Below are positions 15,001 through 27,600 of a stretch of 64,000 nucleotides of DNA, in pieces (the first letter of the stretch is position 1; each line of letters opens with the position of its first letter). This DNA comes from Nemertoderma westbladi (lineage: Eukaryota; Animalia; Xenacoelomorpha): NCBI GenBank assembly GCA_032718475.1, contig JAUCBJ010000788.1:62001-126000 (forward strand). Direction: 5' to 3'. The notes under the pieces are model-generated. The model made no database searches. It had not been told where the DNA came from and saw only the letters and a program-made list of their open reading frames with translations. A program made the position numbers and the translations under genes.

Positions 15001-18000
15001 CATAAACAAAATAAATAAATTGTACCAGGTCATCTACATAAACAAAGTAAATGAAAGTCTACCAGGTCTCCTACAAAAATAAAGTAAATGAAAGTGTATG
15101 AGGTCTCCTACATAAATAGAGTAAATGAAAGTGTACCAGGTCTCCTACAAAAACAAAATAAATGAAAGTCTACCAGGTCTCCTACTAAAATAAAGTTAAT
15201 GAAAGTCTACAAGGTCTCTTACAAAAATAAATTAAATAAAAGTGTACCCGGTCTCCTACATAGATAAAGTTAATGAAAGTGTACCAGGTCTCCTACATAA
15301 ATAAAGTAAATGAAAGTGTACCAGGTCTCCTACATAAACAAAATAAATAAATTGTACCAGGTCATCTACATAAACAAAGTAAATGAAAGTCTACCAGGTC
15401 TCCTACAAAAATAAAGTGAATGAAAGTGTATGAGGTCTCCTACATAAATAGAGTAAATGAAAGTGTACCAGGTCTCCTACAAAAACAAAGTAAATGAAAG
15501 TCTACCAGGTCTCCTACAAAAATAAAGTAAATGAAAGTGTATGAGGTCTCCTACATAAATAGAGTAAATGAAAGTGTACCAGGTCTCCTACAAAAATAAA
15601 TTAAATGAAAGTGTACCAGGACTCCTACAAAAATTAATTAAATGAAAGTGTACCAGGTCTCCTACAAATATAAAGTAAATAAAAGTGTACCAGGTCTCCT
15701 ACAAAATTAAAGTAAATATGAAAGTGGACCAGATCTCCTACATAAACAAAATAAATGAAATGTACCAGGTCATCTACATAAACAAAGTAAATGAAAGTCT
15801 ACCAGGTCTCCTACATAAATAAAGTAAATGAAAGTCTACCAGGTCTCCTACAAAAATGAAGTAAATGAAAGTGTTCCAGGTCTCCTACAAAAATAAAGTA
15901 AATGTGAAAGTGTACCAGGTCTCCTACAAATATAAAGTAAATGTTAAAGTGTAAAAGGTCTCCTACAAAAATAATGTAAATGTTAAAGTGTACCAGGTCT
16001 CCTACAAAAATAAATTAAATGAAAGTGTACCAGGTCTCCTACAAAAATTTAGTAAATGTTAAAGTGTACCAGGTCTCCTACATAAACAAAATAAATGAAC
16101 TGTACCAGGTTATCTACATAAATAAAGTAAATGAAAGTCTACCAGGTCTCCTACACAAACAAAGTAAATGAAAGTGTACCAGGTCTCCTACAAAAATAAA
16201 GTAAATGAAAGTGTACCAGGTCTCCTACATAAACAAAATAAATGAATTGTACCAGGTCGCCTGCATAAACAAAGTAAATGAATTGTACCAGGTCTCCTAC
16301 AAAAACAACTTAAATGAATTGAACCAGGTCATCTACATAAACAAAGTAAATGAAAGTGTACCAGGTCTCCTACAAAAACAAAGTAAATGAAAGTGTACCA
16401 GGTCTCCTACAAAAACAAATTAATTGAATTGTACCAGGTCATCTACATAAACAAAGTAAATGAAAGTGTACCAGGTCTCCTACAAAAATAAACTAAATGT
16501 GAAAGTGGACCAGGTCTCCTACTTAAATAAAATAAATGAATTGTACCAGGTTATCTACTTAAACACAGTAAATGAAAGTGTACCAGGTTATCTACATAAA
16601 CAAAGCAATTGAATGTGTACCAGGTCTCCTACAAAAATAAAGTAAATGAAAGTGTACCAGGTCTCCTACAAAAATAAAGTAAATGAAAGTCTACCAGGTC
16701 TCCTACAAAATAAAGTAAATGTGAAAGTGTATCAGGTCTCCTACAAAAATAAAGTAAATGTTAAATTGTACCAGGTCTCCTAGAAATATATAGTAAATGA
16801 AAGTCTACCAGGTCTCCTACAAAAATAAAGTAAATGTGAAAGTGTACCAGGTCTCCTACAAAAACAAAGTAAATGTTAAAGTGTACCAGGTCTCCTACAA
16901 AAATAAAGTAATTGAAAGTCTACCAGGTCTCCTACAAAAATAAAGTAAATGTGAAAGTGTACCAGGTCTCCTACAAAAATAAATTAAATGAAAGTGTACC
17001 AGGTCTCCTACAAAAATAAAGTAAATGTGAAAGTGTACCAGGTCTCCTACAAAAATAAATTAAATGAAAGTGTACCAGGTCTCCTACAAAAATAAAGTAA
17101 ATGTGAAAGTATACCAGGTCTCCTACAAAAATAAAGTAAATGTGAAAGTGTACCAGGTCTCCTACAAAAATAAAGTAAATGAAAGTCTACCAGGTCTCCT
17201 ACAAAAATAAATTAATTGAAAGTGTACCAGGTCTCCTACAAAAATAAAGTAAATGTGAAAGTGTACCAGGTCTCCCACAAAAATAAAGTAAATGTGAAAG
17301 TGTATCAGGTCTCCTACAAAAATAAAGTAAATGTTAAATTGTACCAGGTCTCCTACAAAAATAAAGTAAATGTGAAAGTGTACCAGGTCTCCTACAAAAA
17401 TAAAGTAAATGAAAGTCTACCAGGTCACCTACAAAAATAAATTAATTGAAAGTGTACCAGGTCTCCTACAAAAATAAAGTAAATGAACGTCTACCAGGTC
17501 TCCTACAAAAATAAAGTAAATGTGAAAGTCTACCAGGTCATCTACATAAACAAAGTAAATGAAAGTCTACCAGGTCTCCTACAAAAATAAAGTAAATGTG
17601 GAAGTGTACCAGGTCTCCTACAAAAATAAAGTAAATGAACGTCTACCAGGTCTCCTACAAAAATAAAGTAAATGTGAAAGTGTACCAGGTCTCCTACAAA
17701 AATAAAGTAAATGAAAGTCTACCAGGTCTCCTACAAAAATAAAGTAAATGTGGAAGTGTACCAGGTCTCCTACAAATATAAAGTAATTGTGAAAGTGTAC
17801 CAGGTCTCCTACAAAAAAAAAGTAAATGAAAGTCTACCAGGTCTCCTACAAAAATAAAGTAAATGTGAAAGTGTACCAGGTCTCCTACAAAAATAAAGTA
17901 AATGGTAAAGTGTACCAGGTCTCCTACAAAAATAAAGTAAATGAAAGTCTACCAGGTTTCCTACAAAAATAAAGTAAATGTGAAAGTGTACCAGGTCTCC

Positions 18001-19840
18001 TACAAAAATAAAGTAAATGTTAAAGTGTACCAGGTCTCCTACAAAAATAAAGTAAATGTGAAAGTGTACCAGGTCTCCTAGAAAAATAAAGTAAATGAAA
18101 GTCTACCAGATCTCCTACAAAAATAAAGTAAATGAAAGTCTACCAGGTCTCCTACAAAAATAAAGTAAATGAAAGTCTACCAGGTCTCCTACAAAAATAA
18201 AGTAAATGTGGAAGTGTACCAGGTCTCCTACAAATATAAAGTAAATGTGATAGTGTACCAGGTCTCCTACAAAAATAAAGTAAATGAAAGTCTACCAGGT
18301 CTCCTACAAAAATAAAGTAAATGTGAAAGTATACCAGGTCTCCTACAAAAATAAAGTAAATGGTAAAGTGTACCAGGTCTCCTTCCAAAATAAAGTAAAT
18401 GAAAGTCTACCAGGTCTCCTACAAAAATAAAGTAAATGTGAAAGTGTACCAGGTCTCCTACAAAAATAAAGTAAATGAAAGTGTACCAGGTCTCCTACAA
18501 AAATAAAGTAAATGAAAGTCTACCAGGTCTCCTACAAAATAAAGTAAATGAGAAAGTGTATCAGGTCTCCTACAAAAATAAAGTAAATGTTAAATTGTAC
18601 CAGGTCTCCTAGAAATATATAGTATATGAAAGTCTACCAGGTCTCCTACAAAAATAAAGTAAATGTGAAAGTGTACCAGGTCTCCTACAAAAATAAAGTA
18701 AATGTTAAAGTGTACCAGGTCTCCTACAAAAATAAAGTAAATGAAAGTCTACCAGGTCTCCTACAAAAATAAAGTAAATGTGAAAGTGTACCAGGTCTCC
18801 TACAAAAATAAAGTAAATGAAAGTCTACCAGGTCTCCTACAAAAATAAAGTAAATGTGGAAGTGTACCAGGTCTCCTACAAATATAAAGTAAATGTGAAA
18901 GTGTACCAGGTCTCCTACAAAAATAAAGTAAATGAAAGTCTACCAGGTCTCCTACAAAAATAAAGTAAATGTGAAAGTGTACCAGGTCTCCTACAAAAAT
19001 AAAGTAAATGTTAAAGTCTACCAGGTCTCCTACAAAAATAAAGTAAATGAAAGTCTACCAGGTCTCCTACAAAAATAAAGTAAATGTGAAAGTGTACCAG
19101 GTCTCCTACAAAAATAAATTAAATGAAAGTGTACCAGGTCTCCTACAAAAATAAAGTAAATGTGAAAGTGTACCAGGTCTCCTACAAAAATAAAGTAAAT
19201 GAAAGTCTACCAGGTCTCCTACAAAAATAAATTAATTGAAAGTGTACCAGGTCTCCTACAAAAATAAAGTAAATGTGAAAGTGTACCAGGTCTCCCACAA
19301 AAATAAAGTAAATGTGAAAGTGTATCAGGTCTCCTACAAAAATAAAGTAAATGTTAAATTGTACCAGGTCTCCTACAAAAATAAAGTAAATGTGAAAGTG
19401 TACCAGGTCTCCTACAAAAATAAAGTAAATGAAAGTCTACCAGGTCACCTACAAAAATAAATTAATTGAAAGTGTACCAGGTCTCCTACAAAAATAAAGT
19501 AAATGAACGTCTACCAGGTCTCCTACAAAAATAAAGTAAATGTGAAAGTCTACCAGGTCATCTACATAAACAAAGTAAATGAAAGTCTACCAGGTCTCCT
19601 ACAAAAATAAAGTAAATGTGGAAGTGTACCAGGTCTCCTACAAAAATAAAGTAAATGAACGTCTACCAGGTCTCCTACAAAAATAAAGTAAATGTGAAAG
19701 TGTACCAGGTCTCCTACAAAAATAAAGTAAATGAAAGTCTACCAGGTCTCCTATAAAAATAAAGTAAATGTGAAAGTGTACCAGGTCTCCTACAAAAATA
19801 AAGTAAATGAAAGTCTACCAGGTCTCCTACAAAAATAAAG
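1..19840. repeat. Tandem satellite, 37/39-bp monomer (AAAAATAAAGTAAAT[GT]GAAAGTGTACCAGGTCTCCTAC), ~500 copies, open at the left window edge
   Basis: Monomer visible on every line to ~19840. Identical ORF-track translations recur at a 9,158-bp offset (1304/10462, 2621/11779, 3797/12955, 5232/14390, 7047/16205, 8058/17216). Confidence 0.99.
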
Positions 19841-20006
19841 ATTTTTATGAAACTGTGGGGCCTACAGTAGGAATGTAGCCGAATGAAAATTAGCCATATG
19901 GCAACACAAATTATCTGGAAGGCAATGGTGCTTAATTGTTGCCGCCAAGGGACTTATGAGATAAACAAATTGTTCCAGAATGTTATGCATTTATTAAATA
20001 GAATAA

Positions 20007-20266
20007 ATGGGCAGCAGCGAAAGTAAATACATTCAACTCTCGAATGTCCATATCGCAGTTATTTTAAACCAAATTCAAATATTTAGTGGTCCCAGTGCCA
20101 CCTTCCATGGTCATGGACACTCCTACATTGACCACATTATCACCAACAAATCAGCTTTACCTTATCTAGCAAGTGGGTATGTGGCCCAGTATGACCATGC
20201 ACTCCGATCACGCTCCAGTATACTGCAGCATCCAGTTACCCATCCCCAAACCATAAAATGAAACTA
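20007..20266 (+). pseudogene. Non-LTR retrotransposon (LINE) AP-endonuclease fragment, left part of the element interrupted by the Polinton
   Basis: TFHGHGHSYIDHII in the ORF, then HSDHAPVYCSI in a shifted frame (~20200-20232). These match the IDH..SDH end of APE domains. Confidence 0.7.
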
Positions 20267-20272
20267 AATGTA

Positions 20273-20704
20273 AGTAGTAGGAGAAGAAGTGTCCTCACCA
20301 TAGTCCTCCCTAGCTTGGGCTATGGGCATTCCATCCGGAGGTCTATTAAAAATGACAAATTCCGGTGCTAAATTGCGGTGCATGCCATATGTCACCATCG
20401 GCAGTTGCCATCAACCAATCGTAGCGTAGCCTAACCTCGCGATGCCCGCCTTACTCGACTGACTAACTAACCCTAATGTTATTCCCCTTTTCGCCACGCT
20501 ACCACCACTGTATACTGTATATGGTGACGACAACGACGACGTGGCCATCTACACGCATCACGCATATACCCTCCCTCGATATTATATGTTATATTATATC
20601 GATTGCCAACTCAAAAATTTACCCTCCGCTAGCTAGAGCTACTCCTCGACTGCTGTCGCCAAACCAACAAACCAACCAACCAGCCAGTATGATACATGAA
20701 ATTC
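20273..20704 (+). repeat. Polinton left terminal inverted repeat
   Basis: Reverse complement of 44340-44794 with scattered substitutions and a shorter (CAC)n tract. Confidence 0.95.
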
Positions 20705-21475
20705 CGCCACGCGTCAACTACACGTTCTAGCATTTCCATAGTAGTTACTCATCCTAACCGATCCCTCAGCATCTGTGCCATATTGAAAGGCTACTACTAA
20801 CATTATACTGTGCGTTTTTATTATAATTATTGATTATTATTACGCACAACCCTATGTTTCATATTCTTTCACGTATTTCCTATCCACGCAACCAAACAAC
20901 CAACCAACCATTCATCCACATTGCAACCCATCTCTTTTCTTATTCGTCGATGATTATGCCACATCCCATCTCTTCTACGTTGATTATGCCACATCCACAT
21001 CACGTATTCAGAAATTTATATATAACTGAATGTTTTTGTTAAAATTCATCACTTGTAATCTTCATGGTAATATATTGATACCATATCTAATTTTTTGTTC
21101 TCACTCTGAAATTGTGTTATTTCCTTAATAATTTCTACATTATCTTACTCGTTGTATATTCGTTGGTCGGAAAACAACACCCCATAAATGATACTGATTC
21201 CGACATTGGAGTTGCAAAACAATAGAGAAGATACGAGATCGCATTTCTCATTGCTATTAGTAATACGGAAATTACAACGATCTCGTATCCTCTCTATTTT
21301 TTTACCAATTTTTTTTACTGGTTTTACAACTCCAATGAGTGAGTCAGTATCATTTTATCAGGTGTCGTTTTCCGACCATCACAATTTTAGAGTGAGAACT
21401 ATGGTGTCAATTTATTACAGCGATACGGTTTAAAATTTATCACTTGTAATATTTTTCGTATTTATTATTATTATT

Positions 21476-22530
21476 ATGGCCTTAACGCAAAAAACCGGAG
21501 CAACAAATAGCTGGAAATTTACTTACAATAAATATACTTGTACCGCCGTTCATTTTATTGTGGAATCTCAGGAGGACAACGAATCAATTTGTTTTTCCCA
21601 TCAAGATACCCGCTATTTGCTAGACATTCTAGAAACAACAACCAACATCAATCCAGACCAGCAATTATACCAGGTAGGATATATCCCACTCTTCATTTTG
21701 CGCGGGGAAATTTGAATATTTCTATCAACCCCACATCGGGTGATGTTTACGTTCAGAAACAAGGCAAATGTAAAGTCCTCAACAAAGCTTTTACTGAAGT
21801 TCTAATTCAATACAGAGGGAAATTATTGCAATTTCTCTCTCCACCGCTAGAGATGATTAGCGATCAATTCTACATTGAATTATCAAATCCAGAGTTTATT
21901 GGATTTGTAACAGCTTTTAAAGGAACCTACTATGTTGGCTTATGGAAAATCAGCGTCAGATACACTGATAGTGTTGGTTTTAACTATTATACGGGTTTCA
22001 ATTTGTCAAATCAGGAACTAACCGTTTTGTTGCGAGAGTGGGACACCCAAATCGATGAAACAGACAAGCATCTTTTTGATAAAAATATCATTCAATTATC
22101 AGACCGCCTCAAAATGATTAAAACCAATAATAAAAAAATTATTATTACCAACACCAATAATTCTACTGAAGTAGGAGCCGGTGGAAATTCTATTGAGTTG
22201 CATTACTTGAATGATAAAGCCCATATTAGTTTTCTCAAAGAGGCTATGGATGGCGTTTCTCTTATTGAAGCCAATGTAGATGGTTTTGTCCTTTTGGATA
22301 AACCTAAAGCATTCGTAGAGATCCCATCACCCAAACCAGATGTTGAAGAGAGTTGCTCTCAACCGCAACAGGTCTTTCCTGAAATATTACCTCGGAAGCC
22401 AAGATCATCGAGTAAATTAACCAACGCATCACCTGCAAAGAAACAGAAAGTTGTCGGACATGTAGTTCCAATAGATCCAGTTACTAATTCTCCATGGAAA
22501 CCTGATTATTATTCTTACATGGACCCCTGA
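21476..22530 (+). pseudogene. Polinton accessory gene with PC4/Sub1-like ssDNA-binding domain; probable frameshift near 21690
   Basis: FIGFVTAFKGTYYVGLWK...TGFNLSNQELTVL resembles the PC4 pattern (V..FKG....DIR...KGISL..EQ...L). ATG at 21476 follows (TAT)n, and that ORF overlaps the 21538-22530 ORF in another frame. Low-complexity, NLS-like tail PAKKQK. Confidence 0.55.
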
Positions 22531-22728
22531 TCATAAGTTAAACTCTTTGAGGTTTCCAATACCCATAGGCGATTGGTGATTGGTGTTTGGTGATTGGTGA
22601 TTGATTTAAAATTATTTCACTCACTAGCATATAAATGTTTAGATATAGTCAATATCATTTCATTTCATTTTATTTTAATCTTTGGAGATATTTTATTATT
22701 ATTATTATTTATCTAAACAAACTTCAGC

Positions 22729-25700
22729 ATGGATAAAATAACAATATGTTGTTCATTCTGTCATATGAATGTAACTAGACATAATTATTTACGCCACCTA
22801 CGGTCACATTTTGAAGGTTATTCTTGTTTTAAGTGTCATGTCGTGACTTCATGCAGCGAAATTTGTAAACGACATGAATCAACTACTGGTTGTAAAGAAA
22901 TGGAGTTCCGTACCTATCAATTGACTTGTTCTACCTGTAATAAAGAGTATACATATGAGAATTATTTACGACACGATTGTCACTTGAAATGTTACTACAC
23001 AAGAAAGCGTAAATCTCTGCAACATAAAAATATATTATCTAGAAAAAACTTAAGGGTGGCTCTTGGTACATGCGCAACAATTTTTACGCGGGAACAAGAA
23101 GCTCACGATAATCGTCTTGAAATTTATGTCCACGACCTCCCAACTTCTAGAGATTATCCCGATGTGGAAACAGCATTAACGCAAATTCGAGGTAATATTC
23201 TTCAGTTAATATTAGACAGATTGAAAGAAATGAATGTTCTTAGACTGTGGTTAGGTCTAAATGTATTAATGTACAGATCACATTTTTCAGAAGGCGAGCA
23301 ATTGGAAACCTTTTATTTTAATTCTTCCGGTGGTGCTATTAATACTGTAGATTCATCACAAAGTTTTGACACATGGTTTGAGTATGTGGTGGAAAATATA
23401 TTACAAAAAATAGCCATCTTTAACACACGTGGTTCAGGTTGGCGTATTAAATCTTTATTAAGGGTTGAAATTAAATTAGCTGCATCTAAGTATAGGTCGT
23501 TACAATATAAGGGGCATGGATATATGGAATTACCTAAGGTTCTATCGAGTAAACGATGTGTTATAAATGTACAATCGGCTGATAATGACTGTTTCAAATG
23601 GGCTATTATAACCGCAAAATTTGGTAGCAAAGTGAAAAACAACAAACAGCTTACTTCGTCGTACAAAAATTATATGAGTCATTTCATTTTTGACAACGGG
23701 AAAAATGATTATCCAACAGAGTGGCAGTTAGCGATTAAACTTTTTGAAAAACAAAATTCAAAATATATAATTAATTTACTATGTTGGAATAACGACAATA
23801 AATGCACCCCTGTATCTATATTAAGACAACCTCCATTTAGTAAAATTACACCTGATAAACAGTTATTAAATATATTACTTGTAGTAAAAAATAACAATGT
23901 ACCTAAACTGAATCATTATGTTTGCATAACTAACTTGAATCGATTGCTGAATACGAGAGCTCTTCATATCGGGAATAGGAAATATTGTGAAAGGTGTTTG
24001 GCTCATTTTTTTCGAGCGGAAGTTCTTCATCGACACCGTCTCGCATGCTACCAAGGAAGAAGTCAACGAGAGAAACTACCTAATAAAAAAAGAACACACA
24101 TTAGTTTTACAAATTTAGATAGAACCTTATCCCCATTGTTTGTCACCTGCTTTGATATAGAATGTATCTTACAACCTTCAGTTAATAATCAAATTATACA
24201 GGAGCATATACCGTGTGCTGTGAGTTATTTAATTGTTTCCAATAGTGAATTACTTGATGCTCCAAAATGTCATTTGTCATTTGTCATAATTGTATTCAAG
24301 ATTTCTTAGATTCATTATATACTGATTTAACTGAATTATGTTGTTGGTCAGAAATATACACTCATGAAACTATGTCATTTACTAATATTGATTTTGTAAA
24401 TTTTGAACAAGCAAAATTTTGTTTCTATTGTAATGTTACTTTAAATAATAATGTAGGGAAAAACAGACATCATTCACATATTACAGGTAAATATATTGCG
24501 GCAGCCTGTAATAGTTGTAACCGAAGTTTATCATTGAAACGATACCTGTATGTACTTTGCGGGCACAATTCCAGTAATTATGATGTACATTGTATATTAC
24601 AAACCGGATTTAGAGATAAGAAATACACAGATTGGGATATAAAGGTTATACCGAGAAATACAGAACGATATATTTCACTGAGTGCATTTATCCCAATTAA
24701 AAACACTTCTAAAAAAATTGAGTTACGTTTCTTAGACACATATCAATTTTTAAGCTTTTCTTTAAGTAATTTAGTTGAGTGTTCAACAAAGGATGTAGCG
24801 AGTCATGATATAAGCTCAATTTTACCTATTACTCTACAAGAAATGAAATATTTTTATCCAAACTTGAATAATTCAACAATTAAACGGAAAGGAGTATTTC
24901 CATACGAGTACTTGACAGATATAAATAAATTTAATGATACTGGTTTGCCGTCTATAAATAATTTTTTTAGTAACTTAAGTCCAAAAACATGCACAATTGA
25001 AGATTATATGTTTGCGGAATTATCATGGGTAGAATTCGACTGTGTGAATCTCAAAGATTATCTTTTAGCCTATTTAAAACTCGATGTTTGTTTGCTTGCT
25101 GATATATTTGAGAATTTTAGGAATGTTTGTAAACAAAATTACGATTTAGAAGCGGTTTTTTACTGTAGTATCGCGTCATTTACCTATGATTGCGCACTAA
25201 AATATAATAAATGTAAAATAGAATTAATAAAGGATTATCAGACATATAGAGATTTTGAAAAATCAATTAGGGGTGGTGTTTCATTTTGTCGAAAGCATTA
25301 TATAGAATCAAATATACCAGTAACAAGTACATATGATTCTACTAAGGAAGAATGCCATATTTTTAATATTGATTTCAACTCTTTATATTCTGGGAATTTA
25401 AGTAAAAAACTACCCACCTCTCAATTCAAAGAAGTAAGTATTAAACATTTAGAGAATGCAATTCCAGAAAAACTAATCGAGTACTTGGTAGATTTAGACA
25501 TTGATGGATCTACTGGATATTTTTTAATATGTGATTTAAATTATCCCAAAGCTATTCACGATCAAACATTACAATTACCATTAGCTCCAGAGCATTTAAG
25601 TATAAATGAATCAATGCTTTCACCTTATATGAGGGAACAATTTAATAACTTATCGATACAAAGAGGTACCTCCCGTAAATATAAGATCCCTATACCAAAA

Positions 25701-26771
25701 CTCTTGCTGACGCAATTTGATAAAGAATTTTATCATTTACATTTGAAACTGTTAAAATTTTATATAAAACATGGATTAATTGTTACTAAACTACATAAAT
25801 TATATTCTTTTCAACAAGAATTTGTATTTAAAAATTACATAGATTTTAATATTAATCAAAGGCGACTAGCAAAAAGTTACATTGAAACAGCTGTCGTGAA
25901 ATTGCTTAATAATTCGTTATTTGGTAAATCAATAGAAAAGATAAGAGATCGATGTAACTTTCGTATCGCAAATAGCAATGATAAATGCGACCAATTGGTA
26001 AATCGTATTAATCATGAACAATTTATAATATACAATAATACATTATCGGGACATTTATTAGTGAAAGACTCTGTAACTCTCGATAAGCCTATATTTATTG
26101 GTAGCACTGTGTTGGACTTGGTTAAATTGGATATGTATGAGCTGTTCTACAATAAATTGCTACCTATTGAGAAAGAATTAAACTGCCGTATTGAAATTGC
26201 TGCATCAGATACAGACTCTTTAATAGGTTGTTACTATAATACATCGCAGAATAATTTTTTAAAAGCATTAATTAAAAATAATATTTTAGATACATCCAAT
26301 TACCCTAAGGATCACCCTCTCTACAGCGATAAAAATAAATCGAGACTTTGTTACTCTAAAGATGAACTAGCTTCACGTGAAATTAAACAAGCAGTATTTT
26401 TAAGACCAAAATTATATTCAATTTTGGAATTGAATAACAAAAATATTCGTAGAGCAAAAGGTATTACAAGAGCTGTTGTGGAAACGAATATTACACATGA
26501 AGAATATTTAAAAGCATATAACTCAAATGAAGAAATAAAAAAAAACATACACAGATTTTAATCTAAATTACATCGTATTTATACCTTAAAGCAAAATAAA
26601 TTTGCACTCAGTAGCTTTGATGATAAACTTTATTGGGTTAATAAAAATCAATCACTTCCTTGGGGGCACTATAAAACAAACCTCAAAAAACCTATAAAAA
26701 TATCAAATATACCAATTTATGAAGAACCAAAAGACGATGGTGTTGATGATGAATTATCAAATAGTAAATAA
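22729..26771 (+). pseudogene. polB: Protein-primed family B DNA polymerase (pPolB), broken by frameshifts at ~24280 and ~26560
   Basis: N-terminal C2H2-like fingers, GSGW, DNDCFKWA...HY, FDIE (ExoI), HNSSNYD (ExoII), KGVFPYEY, YLKLDV (ExoIII), SIRGG, DFNSLY, KLLNNSLFGK, SDTDS, RAKGI. The conserved C-terminus ALSSFDDKLY...SLPWGHY lies in another frame after 26561 and ends at TAA 26769-26771. Confidence 0.96.
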
Positions 26772-27322
26772 AAGTATAAGTTGTAAGCAGATCATTTATG
26801 GACTTAATTTAAAAGAATTAAAAAATCAATTGACTGGTAAAATTGTACTCAAACCTAATCAGTTTATATATAAGGTGCAACCATATTAATTTAATTTAAT
26901 TTGGTGCAACCATATTAATGTTTACAAATGGACAAATAACAATTCTCGGTAGAAAATATAATTTTAATAAAGTGAAAAAGCATATATTCGAAAAAACAAA
27001 CATTAATTTGATTTTTAAATCAATCAATTTGTGTACTTATATTTTTAGTATCGATACCGTAATTTATAGGTTACTTATAAACAATATCGGGTTTTATGTT
27101 ATATTTGATAATGTTAAACTAGAAATTTCATACGAGCCCGAAATATTCAATAACTGTAAAGTCAGAATAAATAATATTGTTGTTGTTTGCTGCTTCTACA
27201 CTGGTAAATGTACATTAATGTGTTCCCCGTTTAAATTTCATATATATTATCCTATATTCAACAAACTGGTTAATAATTTATTATTGTTTGGTGCGAGGGT
27301 TTTTGATGTAAAATATAATTAG
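26737..27322 (+). pseudogene. TATA-box-binding-protein-like gene, disrupted by a small duplication/frameshift at ~26875-26902
   Basis: Joined reading: YQIVNKSISC..LNLKEL..KPNQFIYK / GATILMFTNGQITILG ... SYEPEIFNNCKVR..VVCCFYTGKCTL. This mirrors the two TBP repeats (LIFSSGK.V.TG; SYEPELFPGLIYR..LIF.SGK.V.TG). Confidence 0.72.
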
Positions 27323-27600
27323 TGCGAGTGAAATTTATTGTTGTTGTTGTTGCTGTTTGGTGGTGGAGATTTGTACTGTAAAATATATATTAAATTGGCT
27401 GGAAAAAAATTTATGAATATTTTTTTAAAATCAACAACTAGTTGGGGGAAATTAACTAACTAACTTCAGTAGAGCGATTGCTTGTAACACTCAAGTAGGC
27501 ATAGTATACTCAGCGGAAGTAGCTAGCTAGCTAGCTAACTAAGCATCGCTGCTCACGAGTGAGCTACAATAGCGCATCTGTTACTTATGAGTGTGCGTGT

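Noticed and set aside
1304-19460. Repeated MKVYQVSYKNKVN ORFs
   Set aside because: Chance open frames from runs of 39-bp monomers, broken by every 37-bp unit.
1-19840. CRISPR-like array (37-39-bp periodicity)
   Set aside because: Units abut with no unique spacers, there are no cas genes, and the context is eukaryotic.
20476-20730. ORF mirrored by the poly-His ORF at 44352-44591
   Set aside because: Both are translations of the TIR; the His run is a microsatellite expansion.
22729-26561. PolB as two genes or a programmed frameshift
   Set aside because: The break falls inside the exonuclease region with no clear slippery site, and the element has many other random lesions.
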